Shown piece after piece: positions 26,301-36,900 of a DNA stretch of 51,436 nucleotides. The notes below the pieces were generated by a model. The model was not told the origin of the DNA. It saw only the letters and a program-made list of their open reading frames with translations, and made no database searches. Source of the DNA: Octopus bimaculoides (lineage: Eukaryota). The stretch is from positions 8,061,624 to 8,113,059 of the forward strand of contig NC_068982.1 of NCBI RefSeq assembly GCF_001194135.2, in the 5' to 3' direction. Position 1 is the first letter of the stretch, and every line of letters starts with the position of its first letter. The position numbers and the translations under genes were made by a program.

Positions 26301-29300
26301 CGTTAAATGATGATGATGATAATACACAGCAACCCCTGCTGCTAACCATAAGCTACAATTTTTTCAATTTATTGAACTTCGATTCGGGCAAAAAAGTTAC
26401 ATCCTTCTGTTTCAATAAACCACTATTGTTCCTGAAAATTGCTTTTTTATACCTTCTACGGACTGCTCGAAGCTTACTATCCTCCTACACCTCGATCCTT
26501 GGATCCTACTTTACTTGTATATATATGTGTGTGTGTATATATATATATATATTTGGTAGTGAGTAGAGATTTTCTTCACTACTTCAGGGAGTGATGACCC
26601 TGCCTGACACGAGACCCAGGCTCAGCTGGCTCCGGCTGACAGTACCCGGTATGGGCCCCTATCCAGGGTTACGGAAAGGGGACAACCTTCAAAGAAATCC
26701 AGAGTGGAGCCCCGTAGGTGGTTTAGTGCTTGACTCAACACTCTTCCGGCAGCTCCCGCAATCAAGCTGGTGCCAAACGTAATGCTCTGGACTCCTTTGG
26801 ACTACGTCAGCAAAGTCGAGAGAGGAATCCTGACGATTGGGCTACCCAGGATTTTCTTAAATCTAGCCCAGGCCTGCGTAAAACTGATTTTGTGCGCAAC
26901 TCCATTGTCTCCCAAGACAAAAGGATGCCAACAACAACAATATATCATTTGTAAAAAACATAAATCCAAAGAAGAAGCACACTCTAAGATGTAGAGCAGT
27001 ATATATTAAAAATGGGGAGGGCCGGTTTATGGGATTACCTTAGGTTTCCTGTCCATGAAGGGTTTAGCTTTATGGCATATCGTCAGACCCCCAAAAACCT
27101 GTTGGCCCATGACCTCTTAAAAATATGGAGGGGGAAATGCCTCACTACTCAAAGGTAATAATTGGGGATTATTACCTTTTTGTTACCTTCGAATAGGCAT
27201 TTCCCCCTCCATATTTTTAAGGGATCATGGGCCAACAGGTTTTTGGGGATCTGACGATACACCATAAAGCTAAACCCTTTATGGATGGGAAACCTAAGGT
27301 AATCCCATGAACTGGCCCTCCCCATTTTTAACATGTGTAAAAATATATATATTGTGGAGGCACAGTGGTCCAGTGGTTAGGGCAGCAGACTTGTGGTCAT
27401 AGGATTGCAGTTTTGATTCCCAGATCAGGAGTTGTGAGTGTTTATTGAGCAAAAACACCTAAAGCTCCATGAGGCTCTGGCAGGGGGTGGGTGGAAAACC
27501 CTGTTGTACTCTTTCACCACAACTTTCGCTCACTCTTTCTTCCTGTTCCTGTTGTACCTGTATTTCAAAAGGCCGGCCTTGTCACACTGTCATGCTGAAT
27601 CTCCCCCAAGAACTACATTAAGGCTACACGTGTCTGTGGAGTGCTCAGCCATTTGCATGTTAATTTCACGAGCAGGCTGTTCCGTTGATCAGATCAACTG
27701 GAACCCTTGTCGTCGTCATAACCAATGGAATGCCATAAAGATATCTTGTTACTCAAGGACTAGCAGACCTGACACTGTTCAGTATTCGGTGTGCATTCAA
27801 AGCAATGATTAGTAATATTACAAAACCGGTATGCTTCTGAATCTCTTTAACAACTCACAATAGCGACTTTTATTACCTTTATTCCTACCTCAGTTCATCT
27901 TATTGTATCTATCTATCATTACTTTTCATAAAAAGCCTTTACTTTTTTTGATTTCCAATTTGCATTTTCGCTTACTTTTCTTCTTACTTTCCCCTTACAT
28001 TTCCACGTGTAGTTTCTATTTTGCTTTTGTAACATATTTCTATTATATGACCACAGCCACTTGGCTGAAACCCATAAATAAACAAATAAATAAATATATA
28101 TATATACAGGCTTGTTTTGGGTGTGATAAGATGTTTGTGATGTGATGCTGATTAAGAAACAAAGTATTTATTATTACTTTCCCACATCAGGCTTACCAAC
28201 AATACTGAATCATAATTAGAGCTACTTGTCCAATGTGAGCACTGAAATCATTCAATAGTACCAGCATGTCTCTCACTGGACCACATTGTATATTGGTCAT
28301 TTGCTGTTCCTCCATGGAACTATCAGGGTAGATACCATAGAGTTTATAATCTGATCGAGGTAACATAGCATTCCTTTAAAATATGAAAGCCCTTGTATGT
28401 TATCCACTCATTACAAGCAGCTAGGTTTTAGTCTAATTTGGCCATAATTCTGCTTTTATTTGCAAAACCAACCTAGACATCTACTAGTTTTTCACTGTTT
28501 CCCAAAGAGCAGCTGTAACCATATTATATCTTTCCATCTCCAGTGCCACAAGTATTGTGTACCTCCTCAGTTAACCAACGTAGCAATTTTGCTAACATTC
28601 TACTGGCAGAAATAAAGGCTTGGTTTCTTGCATGTTAGTGTTTCACTGCAGCTTAGCACAGGAAATAAACGGTGCAATACAAACAGCACTTGCTTCAGTA
28701 AATTTTTGTCTTATCTACATCATTTCTTAAGACTGCTGGCAAAATGTATCTGCAAACAGATATCTGCAGTAGCTCTTTATCAGTGAGCTGTGTGTACACA
28801 AGCTGAAATAAGCTCATTTTACAATCCCTGCAACAGCTGGCCGGTAGATATTTATAGTGTGATGCAGTGATTCTACAAAATACCTAGTCAGTAAAAAATG
28901 GTCAGCGAGCTAATTCAGTCTTTTTTGTTTTGTTTTAAGAGTTTTTATATTTTTCTTTAAGTAGATTATCCAAAAATCATCCCCCCACCTACCAAACAAG
29001 CTATATGGGGACAATGTAAGGAGGGTAGATGGACAATTCGTTGACAGACTGTTGGCCGACAGACTACTCACAGACGGGACAATTTTGTCATATGGTGCAG
29101 AGTCCTGTAGCCAGACATAGGGTGTTCCACCCTCTTGACCCAGAGCAGCAAAACCTCCTCCAAACACTTGGTGTAGGCCTCTGTGTTGAGTCTGAATCCA
29201 TTTTGGCGAATTGTCTGCACATGGTAAAAAGATAACCTAAAATTATGTACAGATATTTTATTTTTCTAATCTTTTACCAGTTGTGGTTGTTGGACTGTGG

Positions 29301-32300
29301 TCAATGTTGGGGGACTACTTTCAAGGGTTTTATTTTATCATATTAACACCAGTAATCATGCCCATCTATTTATTTCATCGATCTGTATTTATGACAAATG
29401 ATTAAGTTACATTGATTTAGGTCAGGACCACAAGGTGGAGAAAGATCAAGATGAGGTAACAGAATAGTTAATCTTACCTGGAAATAGTTCAAGAAGAAGA
29501 AGCTGTCTGTAAAAGAGAAGATGAAGGTAGCTGACATGTACATTCTTGACAGTCATACCTTTTCCCAAGTAGTATCTGACCAAATTAGAATGCCTGCTCT
29601 TTCTCATTTTTGTGGAAGTGACAGGTACCTTAGTCAAAAGTGCCAACTGTTGTCAGTGCCCAATTAACAAATGTTGCATCATGCACTGAAGCCACAGCAT
29701 CTTTTGAAGTAAAGTCAGTGAGGGTTTTCATTTGCAAAGAAGGTTTACCTCTGCTTGTAATTTTAGAAGAATAGTTGTCTTAGTTAAAATGTAGATAGAG
29801 AATCAGGTTTGGAATCTAATTTTTGTCAGGTGCTCTCAACACCCAATGGAGTAATTTGTGCAAGTCTTGGTAAAATGAACCTCACGTACTATGGATTGTT
29901 AATAGGGGAGTGGGTGTATTAGATATGAAAACCTTGAGTGTTAAGTTGCATATTGAAGATCATTCAGCTAATTTTCTGGATGTTTTTCAGGTTAAGTATT
30001 ATGAACAAATACCAGGAAATGTTTGCCTGTCAGTGATACTGAGGGTTACTATGTATTCATAGAATATTGTACAAGCACAATAGTTTGACGAGCTGGATAT
30101 GATGTACTTGCTCTAACCTACAATGGCTGACTCATCTTTGCATGCGCCTTGTAGGGCTGAATCATGTTATCCAGTAAAACTCTTCTAAGCACTTTCCTTT
30201 AGCAAAGACTGGAAAGAAAGTTTGGTCAACATTCTGGTCTGACAAAGTTTTTGAGTTATTTTTCTCTTTTTCAATGAAGTTGTCAGGGTCAGCAGCTATT
30301 TGAAACAGGAGATTAAGACAGGTAGCACAGTTTTGATGTCTAGAGTTAAGATCATAAAAGATGAATATCTATTTACATTTGCATAAGTGGCAAGCATCTA
30401 TTTACATCATCATGATCACTACTGATGGTGATTTATGATTTTTAATCCTAACAAAGAATTTTACTGAGCTTCATATTGGTTAAAATCGAAAAGCTTATGG
30501 TTTGTGTCTAAATAGTACATTGTATAGAATGGATGTTTATACTTACTGTTAATATCATGATCATAATTTCCACATAACCCTTTCAATAAAGCGTTCTCGA
30601 AAAGAATGGGAGTTGGTGTCATGTGAATCATATCTTCGCTCAATAAGAATTTGATAGGAATTGAGTTGACGACAAGATGTAAGTACTCATTGCGAGTGCT
30701 CAACGAAACACCTGCAAGCAAGAAATAAAGAATATAACAGACATGTATACTTACACACATGCATGCATGCACACACACACACACACACACACAAGCTTGG
30801 GCACACACACACACACACACATACAGACATACATATAATTATATTGAAAAGAGAAAAAAAAAATTCCAATGTGTAGACTGCACCTAGAAATACTCAAGAT
30901 ATTCAAACTTGAGGCATTAAATAAATATAGAAGTGAGAATCAAATTAGGCAAATCAATTTACATATAATAATACATATATTCAACTATTTACCCAATATG
31001 CATAAGGTTTTAAAAATATACTTAATACATCAAACATATTGAAAAAATATTAAACATTTATACATCATCATCATCATCATCATCATTTAACGTCCGCTTT
31101 CCATGCTAGCATGGGTTGGACGATTGGACTGAGGACTGGTGAACCAGATGGCTACACCAGGCTCCAATCTGATCTGGCAATGTTTCTACAGCTGGATGCC
31201 CTTCCTAACGCCAACCACTCTGAGAGTGTAGTTGGTGCTTTTATGTGCCACCGGCACAAAGGCCAGTCAGGCGGTACTGGCAACGGTCACGCTCAAAATG
31301 GTGTATTTTACGTGCCACCTGCACAAGAGCCAGTCCAGCGGCACTGGCAATGATCTCACTTGAATGTCTTTACATGTGTCACCGGCACAAGTGCCAGGAA
31401 GGCGACGCTGGGCACAGGTGCCATCACAAGCCGAGTTTCATGTCCAACGAAGGAGACGATGTTGGCATGGGTGCCAGTCGTCGAATTTAGTTCGATTTCG
31501 ATTCCGATTTCACTTGCCTCAACAGGTCTTCGCAAGTGGAGATTTGTGTCCAATGAGGGAAGGTACGCATAAGTGGGCTGGCTACACCCCTGGCGGAGGC
31601 CTTGGATTTAGATCTCACTTGGCTTGCCAGGTCTTCTCACGCACAGCGTATTTCCAAAGGTCTCTGTCAGATGTCATCGCCTCAGTGAGGCCCAATGTTT
31701 GAAGGTCGTGCCTCACCAGTTCATCCCAGGTCTTCCTGGGCCTACCTCTTCCACAGGTTCCCTCAACTGCTAGGGAGTGGCACTTTTTCACACTAAACAC
31801 TTATACACCTATATATATTTAATATGTTTGATGTATTAAACATATTTAAAAAAAATTATGTACATTAGGTCTATGGTTTTTATATCTATATAGTTTCAAT
31901 ATGTTTGATGTATTAAACATATTTTAAAAATTTGTGCATATAAGGTCTCTGGTTGAATATATGTATTATTATATGTGAATTGATTTGCCTAACTTGATTC
32001 TCATTTCTATACATACATACTTCCCACATATACATACGTCCATACACATATACATGCACACATACATATTTACTAACATTCATAAATACACACAAACATA
32101 CACACACATTGTAAATAAACTTAAAAATTAATCTGGACAGCAGTAGCGTTCAATGACTTTTTATCATGTGTGTGTATGCATGTATGTGTATCTATGTATG
32201 TGTGTCTGTGTGTGAAGGTGTGTGCCAGTATATAAATGTGTGTGTAAGCATATACTTTAAGAGATAGGGAAAATATAATGTTAATATAAAAACAAAAAAA

Positions 32301-33857
32301 ACCCATAAAAAGAGAAAAATGTAAGGGAAGGAAAATGGAGAATAAAAGATTTGTGAAATTGTTTCTATACATACCATCTCTATATTCCCCTGTTTCCATA
32401 AGGCTTCCATCAACCTCTACATGGGTACCATTGGTTGTAATTGTTTTGCCATCAACTCTGATTTCTAGTGTCTATTAAAATATCAAGAATGAATCACTGA
32501 AGGATTATACAGAATTGATAGATTTTCAATGAATGATAGAATGTTTAAAAAATAAAAATATCTAAGGAATCATCATCATCATCAGCATCATCATCATCAC
32601 TGTTTAACGTCCGCTTTCCATGCTAGTATGGGTTGGACGATTTGACTGAGGACTGGTGAACCAGATGGCTACACCAGGCTCCAATCTGATTTGGCAGAGT
32701 TTCTACAGCTGGATGCCCTTCCTAACGCCAACCACTCCGAGAGTGTAGTGGGTGGTTTTTAGGTACCACCGGCACGAAGGCCAGTCAGGCGGTACTGGCA
32801 ACGGCCACGCTCAAAATGGTGTATTTTACGTACCACCCGCACAAGTGCCAGTCCAGCGGCACGGGCAACGATCTCGCTCGAAAATCCTTACACATACCAA
32901 GGGCACAGGCGCCAGAAAGGCGACGCTGAGCACAGGTGCCATTACGATTTCGCTTTGGCTTGTCCCAACAGGTCTTCGCAAGCCGAGATTCGTGTCCAAT
33001 GAAGGAGACGACCTGGCTTAAATATTTTGTTTTTTTTTCAAACTGTCCAGATCTGACCTGTCACACCTCCCCAACAATGTCATTCTAAAAATATACAACC
33101 ACGTCATAGGAATCTCTGAGCTATGAGATAATGCACGATTAATTCAAAACAATGTGAATAAATAGGTGTAGCAGATTTGAAACCGAATCACTGGACAGCT
33201 GTGCAGATGCCACATTGAAATCAAAGTCATTTAATGTACATACACCCAGGCTTATCCCCCATCTTTTTTAGGAGGGGGTAGTCACAACAAGACACACACA
33301 AAGCATGCCATTCATTTTACAGCTCAAAGATGCGAACCCTGTTCTATGCTCGGGTCAATGCATAGAACGCAGTCCCAAATATCAGCAGCATATACTGGTT
33401 CACCCCAGCTGCATCATGCTTCTTCCATACCCCTTTGAGCAACATCAAATTCATTCATTCGTCCACAAACATTCACCAAGCTTTCCTATCATTTACAAAC
33501 TCTTGCCTCTCTCAATCCAACACCTCCAACCACCATTTTTGTTCTCCACAAGCAGCAACGACAACGACATATGGCACGAGCAGAAGCTTTGCTTCTCACA
33601 GAATAACCTGAATGCTAAAGGGTTGAAAAAGAAAAAAATCATCCTCAGAAGTAATATAATTATGTTTAATTTAACTATTGATAATTATTCTATTTGTAAA
33701 GAAGTGAAATGTAAGCTTATTCTACCTGAATGGGAAGTCTAATGATGACCACCTTAGATATCAGGTTAGAAACATTATAAAGAAAAGATGCAATATATCG
33801 TGTGTTGTGCTTGTTTGGCAATCTGAAATTGTGATTCTGCACAACACAACACAACAC

Positions 33858-33934
<77 letters not shown>

Positions 33935-36900
33935 AGGACATCCAGCTGTAGAAAACGAGAGTCTGGTGCGGCTCCTGACCTTGCTAGCTCCTGTCAAACC
34001 ATGCAACCCATGCCAGCAGGGAAAATGGACGTTAAATGATGATGATGATAACGATGGTGGTGGTGGTGGTGACAATGATGATGACGACGATGGTGATGAC
34101 GACGACGACGATGGTGGTGATGATGAATTCATGTACACACATAATGCTGATACCCTTATGTATCAAGATGTTATGATTCTACATACATCTTTCGCACACT
34201 ATTTCGTGGATTACATTAAAATGCATTATGGAAAAATTCTTGGAGGCTGTGATATGAGTCTTGAATTTACCATTGTTTCATTTTCGTTCTTTTCTCGTTT
34301 TCTCTTTTGTGTGTTCCACTATCTTTTTTCTATCCCTCACTCATTCTATCTTTCACTCATTCTGTCCCTCACTCATTCTGTCCCTCACTCATTCTGTCCC
34401 TCACTCATTCTGTCCCTCACTCATTCTGTCACTCACTCATTCTGTCCCTCACTCATTCTGTCCCTCACTCATTCTGTCTCTCACTCATTCTGTCCCTCAC
34501 TCATTCTGTCACTCACTGCCTTTCTACAAAGAGTTCTTGATTATGCTCCTCAAAAAGAAATCCTGTTTATGTTGCACTGGGAAACAGAATATTTAAAAAT
34601 AAACTAGAATATATACAACAACAAAACCCACAGATCAACAAACTGTAGCACTGTAAAAAAAAAAGCCTTTTGATTCAAGTGATTTAGTTCCCTACATCGT
34701 CAAAGATTTCCTAACTTCAACCTGAGAATGCTTGTCAATCCATTACAAGATCTTCAATAAAAACTGTACAAAAGTTGGAACTCAATGAAAAACATTGCCC
34801 AAATAGCTCAAAATTGCTCACTTAGGTACAAGTCTAACTGCCAACCCGAATTAAATGACATAACAGAACATCCTGCTCACCTGATAACAAAAGTCGCATG
34901 GAGGACAAATTTATAGAAGCAAAACATTGTGAATGAGCTGCCGTATAGTGTTACCTGTCCTTGTATGGTGACTGGAAAAGCACAAGAGAGGTAATCTCTT
35001 AATTCAGCTCATAGTGTCGTCTGCTTAGTATCTGTGACTGATGATGAGATAACTACTCTGAAATGCTAGTATCTCACAGTCTAGGTAGGTGGTGCTGTGA
35101 GCTGATCTAGGTGTATACACACCGTTCATCAACCAACGAGATATATTCACCGTAACAAGATGTAGCGAGTAGCTTCTTTCCCAGTTCGAACGTGCATCAA
35201 ACATATTTGGACTGGTAATAGCATTGCAACATCTGTAAATGGTTATCATAAAGAAATGCTTGAAGTTCATTGCAAGTATTCCTAAGAGCCATCTCACATA
35301 ACAGAAGCACAAGAAATATCTTTGCACCAGCTAATCTAATACACCTGGAATTTGAAAAAGGACAAAATTGATCGTATCCCAATAAAGCATTAAGGATGGA
35401 AGTGAGTTTACTATCATTTCCTATATTTTTCAACTGATATGGTTCCGTATTTCATATTTTTCAATCAATAAATTTGTATGGAAAATTTAATGAATTATTA
35501 AGTACCAACACTGATGGATCTACTAGCAGTGTACCAACTAGCATCATTAATTTACATAAAACTTCCAGCAAATTGTATAAGTTCTTTCCAAATCTCTTTA
35601 CTTTTTAAATTGTTTTTGTATATCTTATTTTAACCCAAATATTCTTGTGTTGTGTTGTACTTGCATTTATTGTATGGCATAACCTTCTCAAGTATCACTA
35701 TGTTTAACTATGCACAGAAAATTTGTATACTTGATTTTTAAGACTCAGTTTCATCCACAATATACTCTTTTGTACGATACCTCCCCAGGAGATAACAGTT
35801 CTGAACACTTTCACAAAGACAAAAGCGTGTAAACTTATCTTGTTATGTCTAGGGAGGGTCATTATGCCAATAAAAATTAAAATGAACACACACACGCACT
35901 GGTTCAATATCACTTCTTCATTTTACTAACCATTTGATTGTTTGTTTAATGTATTTATTGAACAATCAATCGGTTTTTAGTTTTCTCTGTCACACTCCTT
36001 TTGTCACTATTTACAACCTCATCAATGGCATGTCCTCATACTTTTCTAGGTCTGTTTGGAATCTATCTGAGAACTAGTCTTATGCTTTTCAATATGCATG
36101 TTTCTATACATGAATTCACGTATAAAATCATGCAAACCAAATACAAACACACGTAGCTTACTTTTTGACACCGAAGCGGACTAGCACAGTTTTCAAGTTT
36201 TAGTATCACTAACCACAAGCCGCTGTAATCTAAAAGTTTAATAGCAGCTTTACTGTAGGGAATTGCAAACATCTTTCCATCAAAGGTCTTAAACATGCGA
36301 GTGTCTTTGAAGCGGCAGCTTTGATCTCCAAGATCATCTGTTTCCTTGGGACCTGTAGCAAATTAATATGTTTATTTAATACAACAAAGAATTTAGTAAA
36401 ATAACTTCATTATCAAATTCAAATTACGATAAACGTAAATAAACAAACGAAGTTTGCTTTTAGAAGCATTGAGATGTCTTAGAAAGTTAAAGAAGTGATT
36501 TTAAATTCTCAAACGCAGGATAATGCTAATAATATAGCCTGAACAGGATAAACTATCCCTATTTTGCAGAAAAAAGTGTAGGTCTCATAGCTGGCCGCCT
36601 ACACTTTTTTCTGCAAAATAGGGGTAGTTTATCCTGTTCAGGCTATATTATTAGCATTATCCTGCGTTTGAGAATTTAAAATCACTTTGTTATCATTAAG
36701 CTAGTTTTAGGAACATAAATTGTGAAATAAGATTTGGGGGAAGATTTGAATTGAAAACTTATGAAAACAAGACATTTATACTAAAGAGTCAGAGCTGGTT
36801 TCAACCGGATTGGTAATGAAAGGGTTAAATCATTACAGCTTAGGGATGAGGATTTTATCATACTGGTCCTATATATAAAATTGTGTGTGCGTGTGTGTGT

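Noticed and set aside
28200-28800. Moderately GC-richer stretch suspected to be coding
   Set aside because: Stops in every frame I read and no recognisable motif; at most an old repeat remnant.
29478-29506. 29-nt candidate microexon (ttctcttttacag...ccag|gtaaga; NSFFFLNYFQ)
   Set aside because: Phase 1-0 would shift the frame of the well-supported exon 23001-23080, which already continues the VWD consensus directly.
34333-34516. CRISPR-like array
   Set aside because: Contiguous 16-bp units without spacers, in a eukaryotic intron with no cas genes.
34880-35345. Several ORFs and splice-like signals tested as the missing VWD1 middle exon
   Set aside because: Stops in the required frame; the exon was found at 32375-32471.
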